The position numbers and the translations under genes were made by a program. Below are positions 1 to 14,169 of a DNA stretch of 64,000 nucleotides, piece after piece (position 1 is the stretch's first letter; each line of letters begins with the position of its first letter). The stretch lies in NCBI GenBank assembly GCA_028534125.1, contig CM052818.1:33606001-33670000 (forward strand), given 5' to 3'. Below the pieces are notes generated by a model. That model was not told where the DNA came from. It did not search any database and worked only from the letters and a program-made list of their open reading frames with translations. The DNA comes from Lama glama. Its lineage: Eukaryota.

Positions 1-534
1 TATCTCCATGACATAAAGGTTAATGAGATAAAACATATATAAATCAAGCCGATGGCTGATTCAAGAAGAAAGACCACCAGCTCCTGCTCCACCATGAAAA
101 CACTATAATTTCACTCTTCCAGGCTGTCCTTTTGATTAAATTTGATTATGTATGAATATATACAAATGGATAATTATAAAATTCATACTTACATTATAAC
201 TACCTTGCCCAAAGTCGCTTTCTAAATTTATTCAATACCAATAAGAAAATAAGTCAGTTGTTCACTATTAAAATGAACTGATTTGATGATGAAAGGTTTG
301 GGAGTGACCCTTCTCAAAGAGCAAAAGGCTATATGTTATACTCAAAAAATATGTTCCTTAAAATTTGGACATAAAATGAACTCCAGAAAATAAAATTATG
401 GATTTTATTGACTGAAGGTACAGAGCAATTAGGGGTTTAGAGAACATTCTGATGGATCTTTTGTAACTTAAAGGATTCTATCCAACTTAAATTCTCTATT
501 TGTATATGTGGGGTTTTCAGATGTTTATGAGCCT

Positions 535-765
535 AGGCTCCAGAGTCAGAGGACCCAGGTTAATATACCTTGGTTCTACCACTTGCTAGCCCTTGTGTCC
601 TTGGGCAAGTTACTTAAACTTCTGTGCCTCAGTTTCTGCATCTGTAAAATGGGGATGATAACAGACTATGTCATAGGGTTTTCATGAGAATAAAGTGTGA
701 TAATTCATATAAATCACTTAGCACAGGGCCTGGCACATAGTAACTGCAATGTAAATTATGATTAC
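535..765 (+). mobile_element. MIR SINE
   Basis: Core ttgggcaagttacttaaacttctgtgcctcagtttctgcatctgtaaaatgggg and 3' cctggcacatagtaa. Confidence 0.85.
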
Positions 766-3700
766 GAGGGACATAGGGCCTAACTGTACTTAGTCTTTCC
801 TTCTTGTGCCGTTCACAAGATATGTACAGTTTTGAAGTATGGGTTTAGTAAGACAAAATTCTTTGCAATTTACAATGGAAGTGCTCATTATCAAGCTAGT
901 TTGAGTGATATTTTGCAATTTTCCTTTTGTCAAGGACTTGACACACCTTCTCTTCTTTCCCTCTCACAGAATTTTTTTTTAATTAAAAGATTAAGAGTTA
1001 TTGTGTCTGGGGCATCCAGATCCCTGGAAGATGGGAAGTAGCCCTGAGTCTCATTTATATTTGATAGACAAGGACTTCAGTAGAAATGGCCTTCCCAAGG
1101 GCATATTTTGAGGCTTTGGCAATACAGAGGAAACGTCCAGATCTTCTAAAGCTCTCTCCTCCTTCTGACTGGATCCATTTCCTCCTGGAAGAGCTCGTGG
1201 GAAGCATGGTCTGGTGGGAGCAGATTCTCAGAACAACTATTTTACTTCTGGATGACCCCACAGTGTGTGCGTGGGTGTGGGTGTGGTATATATACTTGTG
1301 CGTGTACACATTCCTAGCCAGCAAGGATATTGTCTTCAGCTGCAGGTTAAAGAGCACCACGAGTAAATGGATGTGGGTAAACCCTAACACAAACTATCAA
1401 TCACTGGCTCTGATGAGCAGAGAGTGGACCCCATTTAAGTTATAAGGAGAGAAAAGGAAGCTGAAACTCTGCGAAGAGCAGGACCTTGCTGCTGCAGCCT
1501 GGTTGGCCCGGCTAACCAAACTTTGCTTAGTCTTCGAAGAACACAGGTTTGTGTCTGTCTGTTGCATCAGCTGCTACCCATCTGCCCTTCCCTGCCCCAC
1601 CCTGGAAAGTGGTAAGGAGAGCTACGTAACAGCCTGTGAGGCAACCACTCAGGGGGAAAGTCTGGGGGAGGCTGTCTCACTCCTTCCAGCCAGCCCCACC
1701 CAACAGGCACTCCTCAAATCTAAGTCCACAAAGAGAAAGTACTCATCTGGCCCAGAGTCCTCCCCACTGTCCTGACACCGACTGCATGCACTCCTCTTTA
1801 CCTCCACTTGGGCATTGTGTGGTGATGGATAGGGCCTCTGAGCCTTCTGTTTTGGCCAAGGTGGGCTCCAGAATCTCTGAATGTTAAGGCTAGGAGAACT
1901 CAGAGGGCATCTGAAACAACACCCCCATTTTACAGGTGATAAAATTGAGGCCCAGCAAACAAAATGACTTGCCAAACTGCCCACAGCTAGATTGCATCAG
2001 CTCATTCAGACTACAGCTCACATCTCTTTTCTGTACAATCTCAGGAGCAACCAAAAGACCAAGGTGTTTGGGCTTGGCCAATGTTTGAATGCAAAACAAC
2101 ACTGGAAATGAGTGCTCTGTCATCTGTGAAGTCATATAAGCTTGAGAGTAAGATGCTTAGGAGATTCTAAGGAGTGCGGTTGAAATCCATACTGAACAGA
2201 TGCAGAAGAATCCCTTAACCGACGTCTTGCAGGAGAGCAGCCCAGTTTCAGGCTGAGCTGGGACAGGAGCAGACTGCATTCTGAAACAGTCCCAGAAAGT
2301 CTAACCTACACCTCGGTCTTGTCCAGGTCTTCAAGCCCTCTGGATCCTGGCAGGTCTCAGGGCCACTGAGGCAGGTCCGCAGGTTCCAAGTTGAACTCAA
2401 CTACCAGGCCCACCATGGGGGTTCAGGACGGGCAAAGACAGCAGCCATCAGCAGAAGGTGTTAACACAGGTCTCCAGGGTACTGGGCTGAGATCAATTAC
2501 CACTGACAATGTATGCTGATTTAAAGGGTATATTAGAAGCTGCAGCTACACACAAATTCACATACATATTTTTTCAAAAAACCATTCTTCTGAGGTATGA
2601 TTGACATAAAAAAAACTGAAGATATTTAATGCAAACAATTTGATGAGTTTGGAACACACACACACTCTTTATTAACAGGTAGGACCATAGATGCTCAATC
2701 CAAGAGGTAGCTACCTTCCTGGGTCACATGCAAGCCTCACTGAACTTCAGCTGATGAAGACTCAACACGGGCTCCTGCTCTTCCTGGGGCCTTGCTTCAT
2801 AATCACCTTCTTTGGCTTTTAACCCAAGGGCTGCCAGCAACACGTGATGTCCTGCATTTTTTAGACTTTTTCCTGGACCTTAGAAACCTCAGGCTGAAAG
2901 TCTGTCTCTGAGCATGATGCTGATCTGACAGACACTGGGCTATTTACGTGACATGTGTGTTTTTGCTGAAGGCGATGTGTACTTTGACCAACTTCTAACA
3001 CTGTTCATGTTCTCACGGCCCCTCCGGACTTGAGAGCTCAGACGTGTTCTCTTGCTGACACCCAGGTCCTGAGTGGTTAAAATTCTGCAAAACACCTTTT
3101 TGATGCAGGACTCTACTTTTACAACGCAATTATTTGCCTTGAATTTTCGTCATCATCTCAAAGGGGCAAGAGGCAGTCTTCCTTCTTCCCAGCCTGCTGT
3201 AGACAGGTTTTCCAGCTGCCAGTTAAATGCTGGGCCCCACCGGGTACCCAATGGCACAGCCCCACCCACTATTAGTTGTGCTCCAGGGAGAGTGCTCAGT
3301 CCACATGAAAATGGTAGGATAGGGCTTCAGTGTGTCCAGGGGGGCTCCCCCATTAGGCCACCAAGCCCCTGGTGCACCTAGGAAGTCATCCTGACACATC
3401 GCCCCTCACCCTTCCTCGGTAAGTAAGCAAGGGCCTGTGAATTGGGCAAACCCATAAAGAGAAGCAGGAAATGCACCTGAGCTCACAGAGGGACTGGGAC
3501 ACGGTCTCATGAACAAGAGGGTCTGGCAGAGTCGTAGCGGGGAAGCAGGTGACAGGAGAAAGACCAGGGAAAAGGCCCGTGTGAGGAGCCTCAGGCAAAG
3601 GAAGGGGTTCTAAATCAGTATCAAATGATTTTCTATTTTTTGCCTAATAAAGTTTCATGAGTCAACTTGAATGTTTGCTCTCACTTTCAGCTCCTAAGGA

Positions 3701-3859
3701 AGAAGACAGAGGATAGCTGGTCCAGGGATTTGGAATTTGGAAACCGATCAGTTTCCAAGTATGGGAAAAATTCATTAAAAATGAGCACTCGTACTCTGTC
3801 TGCATTCCATTCCTGGTGTAGACAACAGTTTATTCCAAAGGAGAGTTGAATAATAGAAT

Positions 3860-4030
3860 GTAAAGGGAAATTAGAGGTGAGATCATTTAGTCAACATCCT
3901 CATTTTACAGGTGAGAAAACTGAGGCCCAGAGAGGTGCTCAAAGTCACCATCAATAATTGCAGAACTAGTGGGACTAGAACTCTGACTCCTAACTCCCAG
4001 CCATTGCGTTTTCTTCCCTTCTACTGGACC
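3860..4030 (-). mobile_element. MIR SINE fragment
   Basis: cctcattttacaggtgagaaaactgaggcccagagagg is the reverse MIR core. Confidence 0.75.
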
Positions 4031-4134
4031 TGCTAGGTTTCCATCCCCGCTGCCATGATTGTTTAGGGGTAAAAGTTTGCCTTGGAGCTCCCTCCTCTGG
4101 CTCTGGGCAGCCAGTGGAGTAGTTATGATGTATG

Positions 4135-4325
4135 TCTGGGTTCTTAAAACTAGCAACGGAATCACCTGCAGGTGGTTAAAACACGGATCACTGGGCCCAC
4201 TCTAGAAGTTTCTGATTCAGTAGGTCTGGGATGGGGCCCAATAATTTGCATGGCTAACAAGTTCCCAGTATCCCAGGATACTGATCTGTTGATTCAAAGA
4301 CCAATTATTGAGAATCTCTGTTGTA
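4135..4325. mobile_element. MER5A-like hAT-Charlie DNA transposon
   Basis: gaatcacctg...gtttctgattcagtaggtctgggatggggccc...tttgcat...aacaagttccca. Confidence 0.75.
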
Positions 4326-4689
4326 GGCAGGGATCTTGTGGCTCTCGCAGCAAGAATGCCCGAGTTCAACTCCCAGCTTTGCCATGCATGTCTCATACTC
4401 TTGAATATGATGCTGCTTCATCTCTTGGCATCTCGGTCTCTTCATCTTATGATGGTAACTACAATAACCACCCAGAAGGTTAATGTGTGAAATAAATAAA
4501 TCAGATGTAAAATTACCTGAGGAGTGCCGTACTGATGCTGTGTGAACACACAGACTGACAGATAAATGACTCTTGTCTAGAGAGAGAGCGTACTGTGGGC
4601 CAGGAAATGTCCATGGTAACACCAGCACTCTCTTAATGTTCCTCAAAAATACCACAGATCCAACAGAAATGATGTTCGCTCCTATACCA

Positions 4690-5200
4690 ACATTGCCTGA
4701 GGATTTACTAGGGCCTGGCACCGGTTTACAAAGGTGAATAACACAGTCCCTGCCCTAGAGGAGCAACTAGGAGGAAGATAAACATGCAAATCCTAGTAAT
4801 TACCCTACTGGGTGATGAGCCAGGGAGGGAACCCTATGCCTTGGAGCACAGAGCAACCAACCCTGTCTGGGGAGTCAAGTAAGGCTTTGAAGTGGCAGCT
4901 GACTTTTGAGTAGGGTCTTGAAGGATGAATAGGAGTTCTTTGAGAAGAGAAATAGCAGCGGGCACTCCAGACAGAGAAAACAGAATAAGCAAAGTAGCCA
5001 CAGAGGTGTGAACATGCATAACATGTCCCAGGGAACAGCAGTGGTTCTGTGGAGCTGGAGCTCAGTGGGTCTGGGAAGAATAGCAGGAGAGGGGGTTGGC
5101 AAGGAAGGCCGAGGCAAGATTCTGCAGAATCCTAGATGCCAGGCTGAGCAGTCTAGACCTGACCGTGAGTCTGATGAGAAGCCGCTGGGTGACACCCACC
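4690..5200 (-). mobile_element. L2 LINE fragment
   Basis: acagtccctgccctagaggagc...ggtcttgaaggatgaataggagtt, typical antisense L2. Confidence 0.65.
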
Positions 5201-5573
5201 TCCTCCCTGGCGGTGTCCTTGGAAAAAAATCCCTAATGAATCCCCAGATGAAGATTTATGAGCCAAAGGCCTTCACCACCACCCTCCTCAGCTCCCCCCA
5301 GTGCCTGCCAGCCTCGCCTGCCAGGAAGCCAAGCCCAGAAACGCCTCCTGAACTGGGCGGGGGCCCTTGGGAACCTGGAAGGAGCAAGGGGCAGCCTCTT
5401 ACCTCTTACCTTCATCAGATAGGCGGCACTTTCCCAAAGGTTTCCTCATTCCCTCTCCCCATGGGTGTGGAGTCACCAAGAGAACAAAAAGGGTGTTATC
5501 TCAGGCTAAGAAGTTTGGGGAGGGGAGGGGAGGAGGGAGGTGTGGGCGCCTGTGGAGGTAGGAGAATGAGCGG

Positions 5574-5601
5574 GCAGGCAGGCAGGCAGGCAGGCAGGCA
5601 G
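5574..5601. repeat. (GCAG)n tetranucleotide repeat
   Basis: gcaggcaggcaggcaggcaggcaggcag read directly. Confidence 0.9.
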
Positions 5602-8029
5602 CGCTGATGCAATCTGAGAAGAGGCCTGCAGAGACCTACACCTGGGGAGCCAGCCCCCTGCCTCACTGACCTCACGGAGGAGAGTCTGGGGAGCTGGAAG
5701 AGGCCTGAGAGGTCGTCTATCCCAAGTGCCTCCTTTAACGATGAAATAACGAACACTCAGAACACTCAGCGGTTAGGCAAACTGCCCGTGACTGCTGGCT
5801 GCCGCCGTTCCTCTCTCCCACATCTGACTCCAAGATGTAAAGTCCCAGTCTTGGGAAAACTGGTGGTTTCTGTGTCCACTGACCTCCCTCCCTCTTCCTG
5901 AGTCTCTCCCACAGTCCCCTGCCAGCCAAGTCCCTGCCCTTCTGTCAGACTCAGGCTTTTGTTTCTAAGTAAGTAGTGACTAAAATGTGTAGAAAGTGGT
6001 CCCTACTATTTTGAAAACTGCAATGGTGAGAAAAAGGGACAAACTGCTATTCTAAACTGCGTGGGTTGAGGTTTTTATCCAGTTCCTCTATCTCCTGTGG
6101 AGGTGGAAGCAAATTGCTCTTGTGGGAATAATCCATTTTGTTTTTAGGAAAATATTTTAATAAGACTTTGGGTTATGCAAGGATAAAACTTAAACCTATT
6201 CTGGAAAAAAGACAATGCAATTCAGAACAATGTGAAGCAACAGGCTCTCCGTTGTAACTGTAAAAGGCCGTTTTCTTTTGGAATGAGTGGCAACTCTTCA
6301 GGGTTGGGGAGTTTTGTTAATGCTGCAGCCTGGCCTTAGGTGTGCTTTGGGGAGTTGAGGGAGGGGCCTGTGTCCCCAGTGGGAGAGAGAGCCGGATTGA
6401 GCAGGTGACTGGCAGGAAGGGCAGCCCAGTCTGTGGAGAGTTCTCATAAACACTGGAGGAGGGAATCCCAGAAAGAGAATCCCAGAAAGAGCTGTTTCTC
6501 TTTCCTTGGGGGTTGTGATCTGTTCCTCTCTCTGGCAGGGCTACAGAAAAAAACCACTGAGCTCCTTCTAAAAGACTACAAAGTCAAGTAGAATTTGCAC
6601 ATCCACCCCAGCCCTCCTGCCATAGCCAGCCCAGAGCACTTCCGAGAGAGCAGAGCCTCACCCATCTCCGCACTCTGTTCTTTGATGAGGACTAACGTCT
6701 GATGGGATATGGACAAAACCAACAGAACCTCTCAGTTCCTAAATGTTTTATTTTGAAAAAATTTTTTCTAAGTACTTTACTTTGAAAAGGTTAAAAACTT
6801 TATTTCAAAAAAGTTGTTCTAGGAAACTGGATCATCCTGGGATTAAGGATGCACATCCTGCTAGGCATAGTGAAATAACTAGGTTTGAGACAGTGACCAA
6901 GGGAAAGAATAAATAGGCACTAGGGGGTTAAAGGACTTCTGTCTTATATTACTGTAAAAATTACACTAATCTATTATTTAGATAATAATATATTATAAAC
7001 ATATTACTATGTATGTATGTTATTTTATAACATAAGGATATTATAAGAAAATTAAAAACAATCATTTAAAACTGAAGTCTGTTAATATAAATGTAATATA
7101 CTACTTTATATAAAATATAAATACACAAATGTGTAAAAACCATAAATATCACCAGTTATCCTATCACCAAAAATTAATTGATGTTAACATTTTTGGAATA
7201 CTGCCTTCAGATCAGCCTCTACGCATATAAATAAATAAGCATATAAATAAATAAACAAACAACTAGACATATTGAACATCCACCCACACTTATTTTAAAA
7301 TTGCAATGGAAAAAGGACATGCTCCTTTTCCAGTAGGTCTACCAATAGTCCCAGGACCAACTCTCATTGGCCCACCTTGGGCCATGTACCTATTCCTGAG
7401 TCTAGAACCCAGAAAAGCCAATTCAACTTCTGAGATAGTTTACATGAACTAAATACGTACTTTTTGGAGTTGGTATACCTCATAAATGAGACCATGCATG
7501 TGAGAGTTTTTTGCAAATGTAAGTAATTATTAAAATCATTATTTATATATATTATTATCATCACTACCCTTTCCCCATCATCCTTCTTCCTCTCCTTTTC
7601 CTGCTTTATCTTTTTTTTCTGCTTTTTCCTCTTCCCACCAAGTCTCTATCATGTCTGGGCTAACCAGGCTGTGGTGGACTGATGAGGAGACCAAGTGTTA
7701 TTTATAGCAGTGTTTTCTCGGGCAGTGGAGTGTGGTGATATGAGAACACACCATTTAAGGGATACTTCTATCTCTCACTGCAGCCAAAGTGGCTTCTGAG
7801 AACTTTGTCTACAGTGAGGAAGAATGTAGAGAACGCACTCCTCTCTCCCAGCAAAGGCAAGCCCTGCCTTTTACACCCAGTTAACCATTTAGGCATAGAT
7901 TTTGGCAGAATAGGAGTGTGTTACTCAGGGAGTACCTGGGATGATGCATTCCTGTCAGTAAACCTCCAGAGGGACATTTCAGCTGGAGAGAGACCAGAAA
8001 AATACAAGGAAGCAAAAGCCTGGAGAGCA

Positions 8030-8131
8030 AAAGAATATGAAAACGAATATATGTATGTATATATATGACTGAAACATTATGCTGTACACCTAAAATTGGC
8101 ATAACACTGTAAATTGTCTATACTTAAAAAA
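8030..8131 (+). mobile_element. Short lineage-specific (camelid-type) L1 3' end
   Basis: atgactgaaacattatgctgtacacc...aacactgtaaattgtctatactt plus A tail; near-identical copy at 53821-53936. Confidence 0.7.
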
Positions 8132-8134
8132 GCT

Positions 8135-9312
8135 TAATATAGATACAGATGGTTACATATGGAAATATTTACAGATATGTGTATATACATCGGTTACTAT
8201 ACACACATCTATTTCCTTGCTATGTAAGCAGACAGGATCTAGAAGCAATGACATCCCAGTAGCAATGAGTGTCCAGATCTTGGTTTCTAATACCAGTCTC
8301 CAACAAAAGAACTAGGTCACCTTGGGGAAATGGTTGATTTTAGAACTGGGGCAGGAAATATACAGGATGATCCAGGAGCATCTTATAGTGCCAGAAAGTA
8401 GGGAAGTGCTCGAAGCTCCACAATGATGGGGGGAGGGGAAAAGAACACAAAGGAACCTAGGAGCCAATTGAGAGAGCTCCCAGTGGCTAAAACTGTAACA
8501 ATTTGAGCAAGAAAATAAAGTATTATTGTATTATAACCCAAAGTATAAAATGAATATTTAGGAGTCCATAGTAAAATGAATAAATGATTGACTAATTAGA
8601 CAAATGAGGAAGAACAGATATATCTCCCATGCAGAAGAATCCCAAATACTTGTGTAGATACTCTGCCTTCAAGGAGGTGGAGCAGAACTCCTCAGTCCTT
8701 AAGTTGTAGACTGCCTGTAATGACTTCCTTCCAAAGAGAACAGTATGAAAAGAGGGGGAGTAAATTTACAGCGCAGAAATCTGTCAAATAACTACCTTAG
8801 CCAGGTGATCAGGTCCACATGCACAGTAATAAGTAGTGTTGATAGGACATACTCTTGATAGGATGTGATGAGACTGGTGCTTCACCCCTATGGTCTTCCT
8901 CCCTCAAAAATCCATACCTCAGGTCAGATCATGAGAAAAACATCAGGCAAATCCCAACTGACCAGTACTCCCCCAAACTGTTAAAGTCATCAAAAACAAG
9001 GAAAATCTGAGGAACTGTCACAGTCAAGAGGAGCCTAAGGAGGCTTGACAACTAGGTAATATATTATCCTGGATGTGATCCTGCAACAGAAAAAAAACAT
9101 TGGAGAAAAACTAAGGAAAACTTAATATAAGATTGGATTTAGTTAATACTGGTGTATCAGCATTGGTTCATTAATTGTGTCAAATGTGCCACACTAATGT
9201 AAGATGTTAGTAATAGAAGGAATTGGGTGTGGAGTATATGAGAACTCTGTACCATCATTGTGATTTTTCTGTAAATCTGAAACTATTCTAAAATAAAAAG
9301 TTTATTTTTAAA
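8135..9312 (+). mobile_element. L1MC-type LINE 3' region
   Basis: Ends gaactctgtaccatc...tttttctgtaaatctgaaactattctaaaataaaaag, typical of L1MC 3' ends. Confidence 0.75.
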
Positions 9313-9429
9313 AAAGTAGGTGATTATATCATACACCAGAATGTTAATATTGATTATTTCTAGAACGTAATATTTATAAAACCAGAAACACTTTTTTAAG
9401 TAGGTATGAACCTCAAGTTAGGGATAATA

Positions 9430-11570
9430 AACTCATCGTATATCTTTATCTTCCTCTTCTTGCTCCACAGACTCTTTTTAGGGTATAGACTCATGAAAAT
9501 ACAGAGAATGGAAGTGAGGCCATCAGTGGACAAGGGAGTTCAATAATTTTTGGATGACTGAAAGTGGCCAAAGACTGGTAAGTGAATTAGTAAAGTAGAG
9601 GAAACTAAGACTTGAAGGGCCTAGAGAGGGAGCTGATGGTGAGGAGCGAGCAGATTCTCCCCATGGAGCCCAGAGACGCAGGGGGCCTGGAGGCAGCAGC
9701 TTCTGCAAGAAGTGAGTTTGAAGCATGGGATAAACTTTAGGGAACTGGCTGAAAAAGATCTATGGAGAAATTACAGCTCTAGATCCCCTCCTTATCCCAC
9801 ACAGTCAGGCAACCATGTTCATGCTAGAAACTGGAAGTTTTTTCTCTAGAGAAATTGAACCACGACATCTCCAAATTCAAGGATTTCAGCAAGAGTAGAG
9901 GGCAGCTGCCTGGCTGAAAACAGGGTGATTAAGTATAACTCTACATGTTCAGAGTAAGGCCCTCTGCCAGTCTCCTTCCCTTACCCCACTCCCAGAAAGG
10001 AACTTTCAGGCATATGTCCCCTAGGTAGAAGATTCACTGGAAAAAATTACTAGCTCCCAAGAGAAGTCCTCCAAGTATTGGCTTTTCATGGTCTCCCAAT
10101 AAAATCTCCTGAGAGTAAGGCCCCCCAGCCAAATCCCTGCCCACATATTTGCCAATCAGGTTGATGTTCACTGTTACATAGGACTAAGTAGCCCAGGGTC
10201 ACCAGGAACTTGCAGAAAGTATCCCACGTGAAAGAGGGAGACCAAAGCAATAAATAAATAAATAAACAAACAAACAAACAAACAAACAAACAAACTCAGA
10301 GACAGAGATGATGGAAGGAGAAGAAAAACATTTTTAAAAAATTTTATTTATACATTTAACTAATAGCCTCAGAGAGCTAAAAGAAGGTGCCTATCCATGA
10401 ACAAGAATAATATGGTGGGAAAATGGAATAGTTAGAGAATGATCAAAAGCAATTAAAAATTTTAAATGTGAGAGCTAAAATAAAAGATTCAAAAAAAGAG
10501 TAGGAAAATAAAGTTGAAGGTATACCCCAGAAAGTAGAACAGAAAGATAGATGAAAATTAGGAGAGAAAAGAATGTTTGAGGATGATTCAAGGAGTTTCA
10601 GAAAACAGAAAAAAACAAAGGATAGAAAATTATTTTTTAAATAATAACAATGTAAGAAAATTTTCCAGAAGAGAAGGACATAAATCTCCAAATCGAAAGT
10701 ACCCAAAAAGGGTCCAGTAGAATGGAGGGAAAGTACCAATGCAATGATTTTGAATTTCAGAGCCCCTGGATAAAAGAAATAAGATCTTAGCTTCTAGAGA
10801 GAAAAGTCATGTCATATGTGAAGGAGTAAGAAGCTATGGCATCAGACATCTCAGTATCATTACAGGATGCTGGAGGACAGTAGTGTTGGGTACACAAAGT
10901 TCAGAATAAAACTTAGTTTTATCATAGACTTCTATACTTATCCAAATAAAGCATAAGTATAAGTGTGGAATAAAGATATTTTCAAATACGTAAGAACTCA
11001 AAAAGTTTACCTCCCACACAGTTTCTTAGGAAGATAGTGAAGGATATGATTCAGTGAAATGGAAGACTAAGCCAAGAACAAGGAACAAAAAGATTCTAGA
11101 AAACAGAGGAGCAATTCAAAGAAGACTGATAAAAGGAGGTCCTAAAATAACACCTGAACACCAGGTGTAGAGAGCAGCCCATTCAAATTGAAGCAAGAAG
11201 ACTAAGGGTACAGAAGGCAGGAAGGGAAGATAGTGACAGCTTATTTGATATATTTGGTTATTTGGGAAATAAAAACATTGCTAGATATTTAACAGATACA
11301 TAGAAAACATTTTGAATATTAGCAATAGTTATTAAAAAGTAACTAAGCAAAAGAAAAACTATGGCAACTGTTAACTGCAAAAGAAACACAGTCAGAAGGA
11401 ATGTAATTATGTAATATTGTTCAGCAGTAAACAATATTTACAGAATCACAATAAAATAAACATTGACTATTGATTTAATTTTTTAAACCATGCTACACTT
11501 ACATGGGAACATGGGACAAGAAATGTAAGAAAACCAAAACCTCAATTACCATGGAGGAAATCAACAGATT
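9430..11570 (+). mobile_element. Degenerate old LINE (L1M 5'/ORF1 or HAL1-like), with (AAAT)n(AAAC)n microsatellite at about 10248-10294
   Basis: A-rich strand bias and decayed ORF1-like motifs; subfamily uncertain. Confidence 0.45.
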
Positions 11571-12035
11571 AGCATCTGTCAAGCTCATACATACAAGACA
11601 AAGCAACGTCAAGGCCTGACTGATTTAACCAGTAAAAATACAATAAGCCACTTTAGACTTAGACAATATTTTACTCACATAGACAGCAAAAAGAAGAAGC
11701 CAAAGGTGCCAGCTCCCTGTGATCCTGGTCCCAAACACCAACAAACAAACAAACAATCAAACAAAAACTACATTGAAACAAAAAGGGCTGGATGACTGAA
11801 ACATGAGTTGTGGGATACATGTTACTGAGAAGCCAATTCTAGACTGTAGCTAAGCAGTTTTATATTCTGCAGTTCTATTCTGAATTATGGAGCTTCAGTG
11901 ATTTGGAAAATAGTAGTGAGGAAGCCTCCTAGATCATGACCAGAAAGATCAAAGAGATATCCATTCATCCATATGTGGACATTTGGATGGTTTCTACTTC
12001 TCGGCTATTGTATCACATTTAATATTTTTAACATT

Positions 12036-12128
12036 GGGGGGGTGGGTAATAGCTCAGTGGTAGAGCTCATGCCTAACATGCACGAGGTCCTGGGCTCCAG
12101 TACCTCCATTAAAAAAACAATTAAAAAA
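12036..12128 (+). mobile_element. tRNA-Ala-derived SINE (camelid Vic-1 type)
   Basis: A box tagctcagtggtagag, body catgcacgaggtcctggg, A-rich tail, and 12-bp TSD ATTTTTAACATT at 12024-12035 and 12129-12140. Confidence 0.85.
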
Positions 12129-12140
12129 ATTTTTAACATT

Positions 12141-13560
12141 AGCTTCATCATATCAAGTTGCATTTGTTTGATATGTTTTTTAAGTCTTTTTTAATTTGAT
12201 GGGTCCCTCCCTTTTTATCCTTATATATGTTTATATACCTTATGTATATTAAATATTATGTGTTAAATATATTTTAAAATTATACTTCTATATTCTATAT
12301 TATATTTTATATATATTTTCTATAATTTTCTATATCATATATGTATAAGAAATTGTGTCCTTTTTTTTTGTAGAATTTCCCATGTTCTGGATATTGCTGG
12401 TTGCCTCTTTGTACTTTTCTTTACATCTTTCTTTGTACCCTGTATTTCCTGTGAACTGGTAACTAGATACAGAGTTTTGATCTGATTCAGGTTTAGCTTT
12501 TGGCCAGAATATATAATAGATTGTGTTTTATACTTTCAACAAGAGGCACATTATATATGAATGTCTCTCTCTGTGAGTTTACTGGCCATAGACAATCACT
12601 GCCTAAATTCATCATTTTATTAGGGCTTGGCAAAGTGATGCTGTTCTAAATCTCTTATTTCTTTTTCATTTGTTAGCTGGAATACTTCATCAGCCTTTTG
12701 CTCACCCTGAGATACAGTTCATATAGGAAAGAGGTTAAATGCTTAACCCCTTACCAGTTTTTAGAATGATGAGCTATTTCCACAGCATCCTCCAGAGGTG
12801 ACTATTTTTTTTTAGGTAGTATTAGCTTGAGTTTTAATATCTTTGATGTGTTTTAATCCACTACAGTAATTGTCCTTATTGATGCCTAGACGACCCTGTC
12901 TCTGGCCAGTTAGAGCCTCTTCAAGTTGGTGCTACTGTCCTTTTGGCAAGATCCTAGTAAGTCTTTGACAGTTTCTTTCTCTTTGATTTGACAAATTTTT
13001 CCACACTCGTCTTGTACATTATCCTATCCTGTCATCAGCTCTTTTCCCTAAGGAGCCCTGGTTCCTTTTAGTGGGACCTGGTATTTAGAAATCACAGTCT
13101 GGGCTGGTCACGGTCTCTAGGCCTTCTCAGGGGACCTCACCAGGAAGCAGGTTATTTTACTGACTGTAAGTCCATACTTATATTTTCAACCCAAATTTAG
13201 GATTTTGCTTTATATTTATATTTATATTTATATTTGTATTTCTTTTCTCTTACACTGAAAACATTTGATCCTAATGATGTTAACATAATTTCTTATTTGC
13301 TTCATTCTGCCTATACATAATAGTTTCAGAATAATATTAATAATATTACCAACAATGTGATTACCAAAAGAATTTTAATATTTTACAGTTTTTGTTATCA
13401 CCTCATAGGGTATGTTTCTCTATGGTCACACCCTCAAATCACTGTGTCTTAAAGTCTCTTGAAATAATTTTCTGAGTTTTGCCACCAATTTGATACATAG
13501 CGTCATTTCTTTTTTAAAAAATAATTGCCTTTTTTCTGTTTTAATTGTTTTATGATTATG
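12141..13560 (-). mobile_element. L1MC/L1ME LINE fragment(s), antisense
   Basis: ggagccctggttccttttagtggga...gtatttagaaatcacagtctgggc and other old L1 3' motifs. Confidence 0.6.
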
Positions 13561-14169
13561 TATAGTATTTATACGGCTCCAAAGTCAAGTGCATAAATCG
13601 TTTACTCAGAGGAGTCTAGGTTCTATCAATGACCTCTCTGAGCGGTCTCTCTCTCCCCTAGAGAGCTTTTTTTAAATGTTACAGTTTATTCTTCTGCTTT
13701 TTAAAATACAAGCAAACACAAATGTAGATGAATATTTTTTCCTAAATAAACAATACTATACTATACATATTTTATCTACCCTGCTTTTTCATCTTTACAA
13801 GATATGCTAGGTGTAACTCAAAAGGAACATAGGGAGATGTCCCTCATTCTTTCTCACAACATCATAGTGCTCCATTGTATACGTATACCATGACTGAGTC
13901 AACTAGTCCCTTAGTGATGGACTAAATAAAACAGAATTTAAGATAAAAAGGATTATAACGGTCAAAGTGGGCTCTTTCATACTGATAAACAGAAAAATTC
14001 ACCAAGAAAATATAATAACTGGAATTTGAATGTTTTTAACAACTCAGCCTTGAAGTATGTAAAGCAGAATCCAAAAGAGTTAGAGAGAATTTTACAAATC
14101 TATAAAGATATTTTGTTGATTTGTTCCATAAAAAATGGTTAACAACATCTCACCCAGGGTCTCAGAATA

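Noticed and set aside
1055..1445. Overlapping 111/119-aa ORFs near the window start
   Set aside because: Include a GT-rich simple repeat; no match to any protein I recognise, including the expected neighbour MRPL33.
5008..5607. 199-aa plus-strand ORF, the longest in the track
   Set aside because: Starts in an antisense L2 fragment and ends in a (GCAG)n repeat; no recognisable domain or splice structure.
6463..6490. 14-bp tandem duplication (similar short duplications at 54443-54477 and near 25612-25655)
   Set aside because: Ordinary slippage duplications; no repeat-spacer array or CRISPR-like structure.
12036..12110. Possible tRNA-Ala gene
   Set aside because: T-arm/B box disrupted; A tail and TSD show it is a SINE.
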